The notes: generated from the sequence alone by a model not told the origin. A stretch of 64,000 bases of DNA from Patescibacteria group bacterium (GCA_038065075.1 JBBTRQ010000019.1:9456-73455), one strand, 5' to 3'. Positions 48,565 to 59,434 are shown, numbered from the stretch's first letter. Numbers and translations: made by a program.

Positions 48565-49085
48565 AGGTCTGGATTTCGTTTTTTTTCTTCTTCGGTCACG
48601 AGCAAAATCTTGTCAGTCTTAATCTTTGCCTCCTGCTCGAGGAAAAACCGGTTCACGCCAGGAATAATCTTGAGCCATCCGCGGATGAGGGCGAACACTT
48701 TCTTGGCGTTAACCTTCGCGGTGCTGACTAACTGTCGGATCTTTGAACGGGTCTCTTCTCCCTTCTGCCGAAACTCCGCCTGCTTATCCGGCGGCATGGC
48801 GACATAGAGATCCTTGAGATCTTCCTCGAGGATGTCGTCGATCTCCTCTTCGAGACGGTCTACTGGCTTCACGGCAACGGGAGTTTTCCGCGTTGTGACG
48901 AGCTGAGGCTCTTGTGGCGTTTCTCCCTCTGGGGTCGACTCTGGTTGTGGGGCTTCACCTTCAACAGGTTGTTCCACCGCCGACTGCCCAACTTCAATCT
49001 CCGGAGCACGCTCCGGTGTCTTTGATACCTCTGTGATTTCCGGAACCTTATTCAACCCTTCCTGTTTTGGTAGGTCATTTGCCAT
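48561..49085 (-). CDS. Hypothetical acidic/Pro-rich protein
   Basis: Start placed after the partial family-C repeat at 49094-49139. Confidence 0.3.
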   Translation of the reverse strand: MANDLPKQEGLNKVPEITEVSKTPERAPEIEVGQSAVEQPVEGEAPQPESTPEGETPQEPQLVTTRKTPVAVKPVDRLEEEIDDILEEDLKDLYVAMPPDKQAEFRQKGEETRSKIRQLVSTAKVNAKKVFALIRGWLKIIPGVNRFFLEQEAKIKTDKILLVTEEEKKRNPDL

Positions 49086-49251
49086 ACTGTTTGTCATTGC
49101 GAGGAGCCCTGAGCCTGTCGAAGGGCGACGAAGCAATCTCTCCTTTCTCGCATGGATAGTTTACCATATTTTCTTTGCTGGCTGGGCATAAAAAGAAACA
49201 CCCCGCGAGACAGCGAGCCATCCGTTAGGATGTTTCTCGCCGACCGCGGGG

Positions 49252-49626
49252 TCAGCTGCGTGGGTTCTTGAGGAAGCGGCGGATCAGCACCACCGACCAG
49301 ATGGTCGGGACCATGCTGGCGAACATGCCGCTGGCCTGCATCCAGTCGTCGTGCTGGACGCCGTTGAGCGCGAGGCTCACCTGGATGAACAGGAAGAGCC
49401 CGTACATCTGCAGGGAGTGGCCATCTCCGCGTCCGGACTTCCAGAGCTGGAAGGTCTGGGTCGCCAGGCCGTAGGCGTTGAGCCAGCCGCCGATGAAGAC
49501 GATGGCCGTGACGAGGATCCAGAACAACTCTCCCATGAGGATGTTCTGGTGCCAAGCGATCCAGAGGGCTCCTACCAAAATTCCGATGACAAATCCGATG
49601 AGATTTTGTCTGATGAAGAGCTTCAC
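49252..49626 (-). CDS. SemiSWEET/PQ-loop-like small membrane protein (GTG start behind AAGGAG)
   Basis: 3 TM helices and 'TFQLWKSGRGDGHSLQMYGL' PQ-loop-like motif. Confidence 0.35.
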   Translation of the reverse strand: MKLFIRQNLIGFVIGILVGALWIAWHQNILMGELFWILVTAIVFIGGWLNAYGLATQTFQLWKSGRGDGHSLQMYGLFLFIQVSLALNGVQHDDWMQASGMFASMVPTIWSVVLIRRFLKNPRS

Positions 49627-49639
49627 GACGTACTCCTTT

Positions 49640-49939
49640 TCAATAGGTGATGTACTGCCAGACGAGGACGATGCTGGCCAACAGGCCCAGCACGTCCGCG
49701 GGAAGCAGGTACCAGGCGCGGGCGCTGGCCTGGTACGGGATGCGCACGGCGTAGAGCACGAGCGCGACGACGATGAGCACGGGGTCGATCCCGCACTCGT
49801 GCGCCTTCCAGTTCTTGATGATCTGGGACGGGAAGCCCAGGAGAACCATCCCGATCCCACAGGCGAGCGTCAGCTTGCCGAGCCGAGCCTTCCAGGGCTC
49901 GAGCCGCAGAGCGATCTGCTCGGCGAGGTTCTTGGCCAT
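49640..49939 (-). CDS. SemiSWEET/PQ-loop-like small membrane protein
   Basis: 'GFPSQIIKNWKAHECGIDP' PQ-loop motif and 3 TM helices. Start at MAKNLAEQ. Confidence 0.4.
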   Translation of the reverse strand: MAKNLAEQIALRLEPWKARLGKLTLACGIGMVLLGFPSQIIKNWKAHECGIDPVLIVVALVLYAVRIPYQASARAWYLLPADVLGLLASIVLVWQYITY

Positions 49940-50101
49940 GGGGACTCCGGGTTGAGGGGTTCGACGACTTCGCGGATCGATGGATCGAAACGCAAATCGA
50001 CCTTGGATAATACACGAAAAAGCCGAAAAGTCAAGAGAAATGGCACGATCCAAACCAAAAACCAGCCGTTTCTGGCTGGTTCTGTGGATGTCGGTAGTCG
50101 A

Positions 50102-50422
50102 TTATTCAACGGCCTGTGGAAAAAGCCGAATGCTACGCACATGTTCAATCTCTTCTATGGGTGCGACCTTGTGTCGTTCGAGAAGATCGAGAATCAAGTT
50201 CACCTTTTGGTCTTCTTTTCGTTGGCGGCTCACGGTCACACCCTCGATATCCGCAAACCCTTCAGACATCTTGTCGATCATGTGCAACTGAAACTCTCTA
50301 AACTCCTGCTTTGTTAGCATCTGCCCCATCTGCTCCCTAATTAAATCAAATTGCTTCTGTGTCTCAGAAGATGAAGCGTTGATCGCCTCGAGGATATCGT
50401 TTGTGGAAACCTGATCGTTCAT
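50102..50422 (-). CDS. Hypothetical protein (106 aa)
   Basis: ORF only. Confidence 0.3.
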   Translation of the reverse strand: MNDQVSTNDILEAINASSSETQKQFDLIREQMGQMLTKQEFREFQLHMIDKMSEGFADIEGVTVSRQRKEDQKVNLILDLLERHKVAPIEEIEHVRSIRLFPQAVE

Positions 50423-50455
50423 ACGCGTTTATTTTAGATGAACACGAACGTATTG

Positions 50456-51876
50456 TCACGTACCTTTTTTCACGAACGAACCCGTTTCCCCATCCTCGAC
50501 GGAGTAGCCTAGCTCTGCAATACGGGCGCGGAGCTCGTCGGAGCGTGACCAGTCTTTTTGTTTACGAACAGCCTCTCTTTCTTCCACGAGCAGACGAACA
50601 TCATGTGGAATCTCCAAAGGCTTGTTGATATATTCATCAAGTCTCAAACCAAGCACTCGATCCATCTGTAATAAAGCCGCACTTTTACCAGATGTCGGGA
50701 TATTGTGATGAATCAGATCCCACAAAACTGACAATGCTCGAGGCGTATTCAGGTCGTCATTGAGCTCCTGCATGAACTGCAACACATGGCCACTAGCACC
50801 ACCTAAATCTCCTGGAGCATCCCATGCTCTTACGACTTGACGAATTCTGTCCAAAGCGAATTGTGCCCCTTCAAGTGCGTCGAAAGAAAAATTGAGTTTT
50901 GATCGATAGTGACCCTCCAAGACGAATAAACGAAACGCGAGAGGGTCGAAGCCACGTGCAACCAAGTCGTCGATCGTGTAGAGATTGCCCAGCGACTTGC
51001 TCATCTTGCCACCCTCGACCGTGAGGAACTCGTTGTGCATCCAGACATTCGCCTCGAGCACGTTCTCCGCGCCCATGGTCTGAGCGATCTCATTCTCGTG
51101 GTGCACCGCGATATGGTCGACACCGCCTGTGTGGATATCAAACGGGACATCCAGATACTTGAGCGACATGGCAGAACACTCGATGTGCCAACCAGGGAAC
51201 CCCTTACCCCACGGTGACTCCCACTCCATCAACCGTTCATGCGGTTGATGTCCTGAGCCGTGAGCCTGTCGAACGGTCGAAGGGCTAAATTTCCACAGCG
51301 CAAAGTCCGTCGCGTTGCGTTTCTCCCCCATCTCGACTCGTGCGCCTGCTTTCTTCTCCTCCGACTTTTGGCCAGAGAGTCTCCCGTACTCGGCGAGTTT
51401 ACTTGTATCAAAGTAAATCCCATCGCTGGTCTTGTAGGTGTAGCCGTTCTTCTCGAGCGCCTCGATCATCTCAATCTGCTCGGCAATGTGATCGGTCGCC
51501 TTTGGATAGATGTTGGCCGGCTTGATGTTGAGCGCCTCCAAATCTTTCTTGAACGCCGACGTGTAAAACTCGGCGATCTCATACGCCGTCTTCCCTTCCC
51601 GTTTCATCGCCACGATCATCTTGTCCTCGCCCTCGTCCTCGTCACTCGTCAAATGCCCGACGTCGGTGATGTTCATGACCTGCTTCACCTCATAGCCGCC
51701 CAGCTCGAGCGTGCGACGCAAGATGTCGGCGAACAAAAAACTCCGCATGTTCCCGATGTGTGCAAACCAATACACCGTCGGGCCACAGCTATACATCCCG
51801 ACTTTCCCCTCGTGGATAGGTTTGAGTTCCTCTTTCTGGCGATTCAGTGTGTTGTAGAGATGGATCATACGACGAT
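50456..51876 (-). CDS. cysS: Cysteinyl-tRNA synthetase
   Basis: HIGH (HIGNMRSF) and KMSKS motifs, Zn-binding Cys. Start set at MIHLYNTLN. Confidence 0.9.
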
Positions 51877-51947
51877 CAGTATATCGTCTGCCCATCAAAA
51901 ACAAAAGGCGTCTTGACCGACGACTTTGATAAAATTCCTTATGAGCA

Positions 51948-52502
51948 TTAATCCTTCTCACCTCCCCCGAATACCGCCATCGCAATGACGGGAAGTGTCA
52001 CCCAAATCGCCCGTGCAATATCACTCATGAAAATCGTTTGCGTAAATGGCGAAAGAATGTTGGCGAGATCCGCGGGAAAAAATGAAAGTGTGACGCTAAT
52101 CAACAATCCGACGTGCAGGAACGAATAGATCATCACCTGCCAAAATTTTCCTTGTGAGGTCGCATGGCCAAACGCCTTCATGAGAGCGGAGTGCGACAGG
52201 AAGAAGAAGAGCAAGATGAACACGCCCAGGAACACCGAGACACGCAGTGCGAACGTATCATTGAGCGAGATGCCGGCGCTGTCCACGTCCGTCAAAAACG
52301 GCATGTAATTCACGATCGCGAGCGCCATGTAGATCGAGACCAGGATCACAATGATGCGATCACGTCCCAACGACACGCCGTAGATAAGCGACGCCACGAC
52401 AAAAAAGAGAATAATAAAAAGATCCCAGGTGGGCTCGAGCCAGTTCACGCTGTTGACCGCATTAAGGACGGTCTCCTGATCGAAAATCGCTGTTTGGAAC
52501 AT
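51948..52502 (-). CDS. CvpA-like membrane protein
   Basis: 4 TM helices, ~180 aa, CvpA-like topology. Confidence 0.35.
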   Translation of the reverse strand: MFQTAIFDQETVLNAVNSVNWLEPTWDLFIILFFVVASLIYGVSLGRDRIIVILVSIYMALAIVNYMPFLTDVDSAGISLNDTFALRVSVFLGVFILLFFFLSHSALMKAFGHATSQGKFWQVMIYSFLHVGLLISVTLSFFPADLANILSPFTQTIFMSDIARAIWVTLPVIAMAVFGGGEKD

Positions 52503-52646
52503 ATCCTCCTAAAGGTGCCTCGTCATTGCGAGGGAGCGTAGCGACCGAAGCAATCTTTCATCGAAGGATTGCTTCGCTGGCGCTCCCGCCGTCGCTAAAG
52601 CTATGGCGGGCAGGCGCAATGACACAGACTTGATGGAAACAGTATA

Positions 52647-53243
52647 TCACCTGGTCGTACCGCGAGCGAGAACGCGGTCGAGAAGATCCGACTCATCTGC
52701 TCTGAGAGTCGCAAGCGCGATCTGAACAGAACCACCGAAGTCGATGTCTCTACCCTCAAGCTGTGCCAGCGCCACGGCCGTCGCCCGATGGTGACCTTCA
52801 ATACAGACAATGCGATCAGTTCCTTCGAGTCGCAGGCCGAAAAAGGTCGTCGATGGTGGGAAGTGTGCCATGAGAGAAGCAACTTTCCCGTGCGCATGAA
52901 GAGGAACAGCTTGTTCGGGCACGCGGACGAGGTCGGCAAACGTATGACGATTAGGCGCCGGGAGTTTTGATTGCCAGCCGGAGAATGGTCCAACGAGCAT
53001 GGCAGGAATCTCTTTCATGGGGTCAGTGAACTCGAAAAGATTCCACTCTCTCGCTGACGCATCGATCTGGTCTCCCGTAAACCGCCGCCACGATTCCCAA
53101 TCCGGCCAGCCCTTTAAGACCGTCGCACAGTGAACCCAGCCTGGATCACTTCCCTCGCGCTGTTTCCAATCCTGAAATATTTCTTCCCACGTTATGGGAC
53201 GAATGAGGTTGAGCATAACGGTTCGATCATAGCATGAAACCAA
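52647..53243 (-). CDS. Hypothetical protein
   Basis: ORF only. Confidence 0.3.
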   Translation of the reverse strand: MVSCYDRTVMLNLIRPITWEEIFQDWKQREGSDPGWVHCATVLKGWPDWESWRRFTGDQIDASAREWNLFEFTDPMKEIPAMLVGPFSGWQSKLPAPNRHTFADLVRVPEQAVPLHAHGKVASLMAHFPPSTTFFGLRLEGTDRIVCIEGHHRATAVALAQLEGRDIDFGGSVQIALATLRADESDLLDRVLARGTTR

Positions 53244-53392
53244 AAACCCGCCGTCGCTCCATGAGGAGCTATGGCGGGCGGACAGCCCTCTTCAGGCTGC
53301 TTTGGTGGTGCTCTGACTATTTGACCGCCTCTTGGGAGTATGCCTTACTAGGGTCGCGCGTCGATTCAGGCGTGTGACAACCGGAGAGTAAC

Positions 53393-54850
53393 GTGAGGAC
53401 TTCCCTCGTTCGATTCAATTCGGAAAACGTGCCCGTGCACACGACGGACTACCGCTTCCGGCGCTTCTTCAACTGGTTCCCGCTCGGGCTCGGCTACGCG
53501 AGCCTGATGTTCATGCGCTACAGCCTGAACCCGGCCAAGAGCGCGCTGGGCGACAAGCTCATGGACATCAAGCAGTTCGGCTTCATCTTCGGGGTGGGCG
53601 CCTTCCTCTACTTCGTCGGCATGATGATCAACGGCCCGCTGGTCGACCGCAAGGGCGGCCGCTGGGGCATGATCACTGGTGTGACGGGAGCGGGTCTGGC
53701 GAACCTGGTGATGGGCGCCGTGGTCTACGGCGTGATGGTGCGCGGCTGGACGGTGTCGCTGTTCTGGTCGTTGCTCATCCTCTACGGTGTCAACATGTTC
53801 TTCCAGAGCCTGGGGGCCATGTCGATCGTGACCACGAAGATGCCGTGGTTCCATGTGCGCGAGCGCGGAACCTTCGGCTTCATCTTCGGGGTGATGATCA
53901 GCCTGGGGATCTACTTCGCCTTCGACTGGGGCTATGCGATCCGCACGGTCACGCGCGCTTCCGGCGTCGTCCTGGAAAACCTCGGTCTGACCGAGACGGC
54001 CTTCTTCCACCTGCTGGGCGCGGCCAACTCCGGCATCGACGCCAACTGGTGGCTGTTCCTCTTCCCGCCGCTCTTCGCGATCCCGTGGCTGGTGGCCATG
54101 GTGATCTGGCTCCGCAACCTGCCCTCCGATGCCGGATTCGCCAACTTCGAGACCGGCGACCAGCACGTCGCGGACCGCACGCTCGGCCTGTGGGAGATGA
54201 TCAAGACAATCGCCCACGATCCGCGTCACCGCGTCCTGCTCGTCATCTGCTTGATCGAGTTCTGCTCGGGCACGATCCGCAACGGCGTGTTCCAGTACTA
54301 CCCGCAGTTCGCGAGCTCGGTCGGGTTCTACAAGGACTTCTTCCTGACCGCCAACTGGGGCCTGTGCCTGATGATCTGCGGGATCACCGGCGGCTTCATG
54401 ACCGGGTGGATCTCGGACAGGTTCTTCAACTCCCGCCGCGGCCCCATGGTCCTGATCTCCTACGGCCTGATGATCGCGGCGGTCATCATGATCCTCTCCT
54501 CGCTGGGCAACAACGCGCTGGGCGTCGGATCGATGATCACCGCCGTGGGCGTGCTGATCGTGGCCACCTGCATCATCGGCGTGCACGGCATCCTCTCGGG
54601 AACGGCCGCCGGCGACTTCTCCGGCACGAAGAACACGGGCAAGGCCGTGGGCATCGTGGACGGGTGCGTCTACCTCGGCACCGGCCTGCACTCGATCCTC
54701 ATGGGCTATGCGCTCTCCACCGGCGAAGCGGCCAAGAACCCCGCGACCTGGATCGGTTGGCCCGTCGCCATCCTGCCCTTCGTGGTGATCGGCGGCCTCC
54801 TCGCCTGGAAGATCCGCCACGCCTTCCCGACGGCTTCGCGCGCCCACTAG
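53393..54850 (+). CDS. MFS-type transporter in a very GC-rich single-gene island
   Basis: ~12 predicted TM helices. Strongly GC-shifted. Flanked by direct copies of repeat family B at 53236-53290 and 54912-54960. Confidence 0.5.
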   Translation: MRTSLVRFNSENVPVHTTDYRFRRFFNWFPLGLGYASLMFMRYSLNPAKSALGDKLMDIKQFGFIFGVGAFLYFVGMMINGPLVDRKGGRWGMITGVTGAGLANLVMGAVVYGVMVRGWTVSLFWSLLILYGVNMFFQSLGAMSIVTTKMPWFHVRERGTFGFIFGVMISLGIYFAFDWGYAIRTVTRASGVVLENLGLTETAFFHLLGAANSGIDANWWLFLFPPLFAIPWLVAMVIWLRNLPSDAGFANFETGDQHVADRTLGLWEMIKTIAHDPRHRVLLVICLIEFCSGTIRNGVFQYYPQFASSVGFYKDFFLTANWGLCLMICGITGGFMTGWISDRFFNSRRGPMVLISYGLMIAAVIMILSSLGNNALGVGSMITAVGVLIVATCIIGVHGILSGTAAGDFSGTKNTGKAVGIVDGCVYLGTGLHSILMGYALSTGEAAKNPATWIGWPVAILPFVVIGGLLAWKIRHAFPTASRAH

Positions 54851-55000
54851 CGCAAGGATCGATCGCTCCCTCACGCCGCCTCCACTACGCACAGGGGCGG
54901 TCTTTATTTTGCAAACCAAAAACCCGCCGTCGCTCTAGCGAGCTATGGCGGGCGGGCAGCTTACTCGGCGCAGGCTAAAGCCTGCGGCTACCTGGGAGGA

Positions 55001-55369
55001 CTATTCCGCCATGGCGAGGGCGGGTTCGCCACCAGAGATATAGTTTGGCATCTCGGCCTCGACGAAGCCCAACATCTTCACGGACTTCGACACATGGTCG
55101 AGTGATTGGCTCTTGCGCGTCTCAAGTTCAAGGTTCTGATTCATGAGCGAAAGTTCATTGAGCTGTGTCTCGAGCTCGCGGATTTGATAGCCCTGCGAGA
55201 TCGACGCGTTCACCTGAATGATGTACGCCACAACCATGAGGGCGACGATCGCGAGGGAAACAATGTTTAACGCAACAACATGATTGCCGATCCACACACG
55301 CACGCTGATGCGGCGGGTGAGTTCATGCGTTGGCGAAAAAACAGCCGTTTGTATTGCAACTGGGGACAT
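55001..55369 (-). CDS. ftsL: FtsL-like cell-division protein
   Basis: Single TM helix plus coiled coil. Sits directly downstream of rsmH, as in dcw clusters. Confidence 0.45.
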   Translation of the reverse strand: MSPVAIQTAVFSPTHELTRRISVRVWIGNHVVALNIVSLAIVALMVVAYIIQVNASISQGYQIRELETQLNELSLMNQNLELETRKSQSLDHVSKSVKMLGFVEAEMPNYISGGEPALAMAE

Positions 55370-55417
55370 AAGCGACAGAGGTGGGGTCTCTATCGGATCT
55401 TGTGGATCCTCCTTAAA

Positions 55418-56284
55418 TTAGATTTTCTCTGCCACACGGAGCTTGGCACTGCGCGCTCGAGGATTCTCGAGCCGCTCTTCACGTGAGGCAATCACCGGTC
55501 GCTTCGTCACTACCTTGAGGGTCGGGGTGCGTTTAAAAAACTGTTTGATGATCCGATCCTCAAGGGAGTGGAAGCTGATGATCGCCAGGCGACCACCGGG
55601 GTTTAGTAAATTCACACACTCTGGAAGCACACGCTCTAACTCTCCTAATTCGTCGTTCACGGCAATTCTCAAGGCTTGGAACACTTTCGTCGCAGGATGG
55701 ATCTTGCCGTGCCGTCGTGTCGTGGACGCGATGAGTTCAGCAAGTTGGGTCGTGCGAGTAATGGGGTTCTTGTCTCGAGAACGGACGATGAGACGAGCGA
55801 ACGGTCGAGCATTGAGCTCTTCGCCGTACTGTCTGAAAATCCTCGCCAGCTCTTCTTCGGGCCAGGTATTCACAATCTCTTGTGCTGTCAGAGACTGTGA
55901 CTGGTCGTAGCGCATGTCTAGCGGTCCATCATTCTGGAAAGAGAATCCACGAGCTGGGTCGTCCACATGGACGGAAGAAAACCCCAGATCAAGAAGGATC
56001 GCGTTGACATGAGTAAATCCGTGAGCATAAGCGTGGGTTCGAACATGGGCATAGCTATCGTGCACGAGCACCACAGCAGAACCGAATCCAGAAAGACGTT
56101 CACGCGCCATTTCGAGATTCGCGGCATCACGATCGATGCCTAGGAGACGGCCGCCAGGAAGGACGCGCGGCAATAGGGTCGCCGCGTGCCCTCCCAGCCC
56201 CACAGTGCCGTCTATCAAAAGTGATTTCGGCTCCGGTTTGAGATAGTTGCTTACCTCGTCGAGGAGAACAGGTTTATGTTGCAT
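55418..56284 (-). CDS. rsmH: 16S rRNA (cytosine1402-N4)-methyltransferase
   Basis: SAM-MTase motifs (GTVGLGGHA ... DLGFSS) and position after mraZ. Confidence 0.85.
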   Translation of the reverse strand: MQHKPVLLDEVSNYLKPEPKSLLIDGTVGLGGHAATLLPRVLPGGRLLGIDRDAANLEMARERLSGFGSAVVLVHDSYAHVRTHAYAHGFTHVNAILLDLGFSSVHVDDPARGFSFQNDGPLDMRYDQSQSLTAQEIVNTWPEEELARIFRQYGEELNARPFARLIVRSRDKNPITRTTQLAELIASTTRRHGKIHPATKVFQALRIAVNDELGELERVLPECVNLLNPGGRLAIISFHSLEDRIIKQFFKRTPTLKVVTKRPVIASREERLENPRARSAKLRVAEKI

Positions 56285-56382
56285 AAAATTCTGCCTCCTA
56301 TTGGTTGCCGAGGGTTGGAGCTCCGTTTAGGGAAAAGGTTCAGTTAAACCCCAAATGGCACTCCAAGCCTCGACTCCCAATC

Positions 56383-56814
56383 CTAGATTCCCAGCTCGCC
56401 TAACTTCTCGGCGACGGAATCGGCGTCGGTTTCCACCTGGTGCTTGTAGGTCTCCCACTTCTGCTCGTCCCAAATCTCGAGACGATTATAGAGACCGGCA
56501 ATGACCGCACTCTTGGCGAGCGTTGCATACGAACGCAGGTACTCCGGGAGGACGATCCTTCCCTGTTTGTCCAAGTCGACATCCATAGCACCCGCAAGCA
56601 TGAGTCGGGCGAAGGCGCGACTGTTGGACTGCCCCAGGGGCAAACCAGCGAGTTTCTCGGCAAGCTTGCCCCACTCCTCCTTGGGGAACAGGAAAAGGGA
56701 CGCATCTAAGCCTCGCGTCACAACGGCCCCCTTTGCGAGGCTCTTACGAAACTTTGTGGGTATCGCAAGACGTCCTTTTTCGTCTATCGCATGTTTATAC
56801 TCGCCTATAAACAT
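56383..56814 (-). CDS. mraZ: Transcriptional regulator MraZ
   Basis: Start MFIGEYKHAIDEKGRLAIP with duplicated MraZ halves. Confidence 0.8.
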   Translation of the reverse strand: MFIGEYKHAIDEKGRLAIPTKFRKSLAKGAVVTRGLDASLFLFPKEEWGKLAEKLAGLPLGQSNSRAFARLMLAGAMDVDLDKQGRIVLPEYLRSYATLAKSAVIAGLYNRLEIWDEQKWETYKHQVETDADSVAEKLGELGI

Positions 56815-57025
56815 AATTCGATGGGGCCGTTGCTTGGCAGGAGTTAAATAAAAGTGAGCACCACCCTGAGCGAGGTCGCAGTGCGACCGAGTCGAAGGGC
56901 AGTCCCCACTTTTCTCCACCTGGAACCATTTTATTCCACCCTGTGACACGGGTCAACCAAAGTTACCCACAGTTGTGTACTAAAAAAGCCCGGTTTCCCG
57001 GGCGAAATCTATATCTCTGGATCTC

Positions 57026-57649
57026 TCAAACAAGCCCATTGATAACGCACGAATAAATTCCTCGAATCTTCCTTTGGATGGAATCATCCTCCAACATTTC
57101 CTCCGCATTCTTCATGACCCCATCGATCACCTCCGTGTTCGAGCTCAGGGTCACCCAGAAATTTCGGTAATGATCGAGCGTCGGGGACTGCTGATAGAGC
57201 GTTCGTTGAATCTGGGCATACGCGTTCATCACAGCAAGGTCTTCGTTGTTTGGTCGTTGAGGAAATTGGATATCGAGGATCATCCCCACATCCCCATTCA
57301 TCGACTGATAGCTTTGTAAATCCTCAACAACTTTTGCCGCGGAGATGAACTGCCAAACATGATTCCCTTGCTGTGTCTTCTCTTCCGGCCACTGGGAGAG
57401 CCCGACGTATTGCGGATGTGCGAGTCGGTCGTAGGTCAAATGCGTCGCCCACCCTTTCTCAAAGTCCGACAGTCCAGACGCAAACGGATCTTGTGGACTC
57501 GACCCAGCATGTGTGAGGTTTCGGTGGAGTTTGGTCATGTATCGAGAATCAGGATAGATCGTTCCAGCGTAATAGGCGGCTTCGTCGACAACTCCAAGAC
57601 GATCTTTCAGGTCTCGCGCGAATCGAACATGTGTGAGTTCCATGGCCAT
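57026..57649 (-). CDS. Hypothetical protein
   Basis: ORF only. Confidence 0.3.
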   Translation of the reverse strand: MAMELTHVRFARDLKDRLGVVDEAAYYAGTIYPDSRYMTKLHRNLTHAGSSPQDPFASGLSDFEKGWATHLTYDRLAHPQYVGLSQWPEEKTQQGNHVWQFISAAKVVEDLQSYQSMNGDVGMILDIQFPQRPNNEDLAVMNAYAQIQRTLYQQSPTLDHYRNFWVTLSSNTEVIDGVMKNAEEMLEDDSIQRKIRGIYSCVINGLV

Positions 57650-57650
57650 A

Positions 57651-57899
57651 CTAAATCACGACACGAACAATCGCATACACCGCGATCGCGCACCAGATGA
57701 GGTTCAGGACGGCGGGCTGATAGTTTTTATCGGCGAGTGCATCGATGACAATACCTGCACCACCCACGAGGTTCAATACGTGATACCCCACTGACGTCGA
57801 TTCGAGAATATCAAAACTGAGAAGCGCATACGCTAACAGGATGGATAGCACCCCGACCCACCCAGCAAACTCCGTAAGGGACTCTTGGAACTTCGTCAT
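57651..57899 (-). CDS. Small membrane protein (82 aa)
   Basis: Two TM helices. Adjacent to and overlapping the uvrC stop. Confidence 0.3.
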   Translation of the reverse strand: MTKFQESLTEFAGWVGVLSILLAYALLSFDILESTSVGYHVLNLVGGAGIVIDALADKNYQPAVLNLIWCAIAVYAIVRVVI

Positions 57900-59338
57900 A
57901 CTCTTTTCAATAACTTTTTAGATCTCAATGTACGGTGATATCTTACCGCAAATCGGTGCGCTTCGTCGCGGGCTTTTTGGAAGAGCTCCTTGCCGCGCAC
58001 CGCGACTCGGGCGAGCTCCTCGTTGGAGCGGTCGAACACAAGCCGATCCTGCTTGCGATCAAACCCCTTGGCGAGTCCGACAATCGGCACCTTTACGCCA
58101 AGTTCATCCAGGACGGCTTGGACACGATTCACTTGTGGTAGTCCCCCATCGATGACCATGACCTGCGGAAGGTCCCAGATTCGCTGTGCACTCCCACCCC
58201 CCTTTATCCCCTCTTCGACCGCGAGCTCAGAGTCGAGCGACCCTCGGGCAGGGGGGAGTGCGCGTCGGAGTCTCCTCCTCATCATCTCCTCCATCATCGC
58301 CACATCGTTTGGCCCCACGACCGTCTTGATCTTGAACTTACGGTACTTATCCTTTACTGGCTTCCCCTCCTCGAATACCACCATCGAGCCCGTGGCCGAC
58401 GTTCCAGAAATATTACTGATATCGTACGCCTCAATGCGGCCTTCGAGGTTGATCGTCCCATCCTGGGGTTCACGCGAGAACGGAAGGTCGTGGTCCTCCC
58501 GAGAAAGCAGAGCGATGTCTTGAATGTGCCGGAGCGCGCCCAGTCGTCGCCGATAGACAGCGGCATCCTCGAATCGTAACTCTTTGGCGGCACGCTTCAT
58601 CTCGCGCTCCAGTTCCCGCTCGAGCTTGAGTTTCTTTCCATCGAAAAACGTGATGAGTTGCCGGATGTATCGTTGGTACTCCGTCCTCGAGATCACACCG
58701 CGACACACGCCAGGACACTTCCCGATCTGCGAGTTGAAACATCCTCGCATCCGGCCGGTAACTTCCGGCGGCTCACACGTCGACCAAGGAATGATGCGAC
58801 GGATCATCTCAAGGGCGATCTTCAGCGAATGCCCGCTCGTGTACGGCCCGAAAATTCGAAGGAACTTCCCCAAACTTCTCGAGCCCCTTACTCCTTTTAA
58901 TCCTCCTACTCCTCCTACTCCTCTCCCCCACGGATTCACGCCCATCTGCCTAAGCTCGTGTCCGCGAATCAACAGCGGCTTGGGGAACGGTTCACTGGTG
59001 ATGACAAGGAATAGAAACGTCTTGTCGTCGCGTGCCAAGATGTTGTACTTGGGAAGTAGCGCCTTGATCTTGTTGGCCTCCAGCACCAGCGCCTCGATCA
59101 CGGTAGGCGTCTCGATGTAATCAATGCGGGCGATCTGGCCGACCATCTCTTCAATCCGCCTTCCCGCCCTGAGCGAAGTCGAAGGGTCGTGAGCTTTCGA
59201 CCAATAAGATCCGACCCGCCGCTTGAGCGACGTCGCCTTCCCCACGTATAGAAGCCGACCAGAATCGTCAAAATACAAGTACACCCCGGGGGCGTCCGGG
59301 AGTTCTGTATTCTTGATCTTGATCGATGGAGGAATCAC
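57896..59338 (-). CDS. uvrC: Excinuclease ABC subunit C
   Basis: GIY-YIG (GVYLYFDDSGRLLYVGKATSLKRRVGSY), UvrBC-interaction region and RNase H-like domain. Contains a Gly/Arg-rich insertion (NPWGRGVGGVGGLKGVRG). Confidence 0.85.
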   Translation of the reverse strand: MIPPSIKIKNTELPDAPGVYLYFDDSGRLLYVGKATSLKRRVGSYWSKAHDPSTSLRAGRRIEEMVGQIARIDYIETPTVIEALVLEANKIKALLPKYNILARDDKTFLFLVITSEPFPKPLLIRGHELRQMGVNPWGRGVGGVGGLKGVRGSRSLGKFLRIFGPYTSGHSLKIALEMIRRIIPWSTCEPPEVTGRMRGCFNSQIGKCPGVCRGVISRTEYQRYIRQLITFFDGKKLKLERELEREMKRAAKELRFEDAAVYRRRLGALRHIQDIALLSREDHDLPFSREPQDGTINLEGRIEAYDISNISGTSATGSMVVFEEGKPVKDKYRKFKIKTVVGPNDVAMMEEMMRRRLRRALPPARGSLDSELAVEEGIKGGGSAQRIWDLPQVMVIDGGLPQVNRVQAVLDELGVKVPIVGLAKGFDRKQDRLVFDRSNEELARVAVRGKELFQKARDEAHRFAVRYHRTLRSKKLLKRV

Positions 59339-59434
59339 AGCTAAGCTGTAAACGTAATTTCTGGTAGCCGCAGGCTTCAGCCTGCGCCGAACGCGGGCTA
59401 ATGCCCGCGGCTACCGTTAACTCTAGCATTTCTT

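Noticed and set aside
53366-54978. 517-aa antisense ORF (53366-54919 -) and 377-aa alternative-frame ORF (53845-54978 +) over the MFS gene
   Set aside because: Their R/H/D/G-rich low-complexity translations are GC shadow ORFs. The + strand frame from 53393 gives a regular multi-TM transporter.
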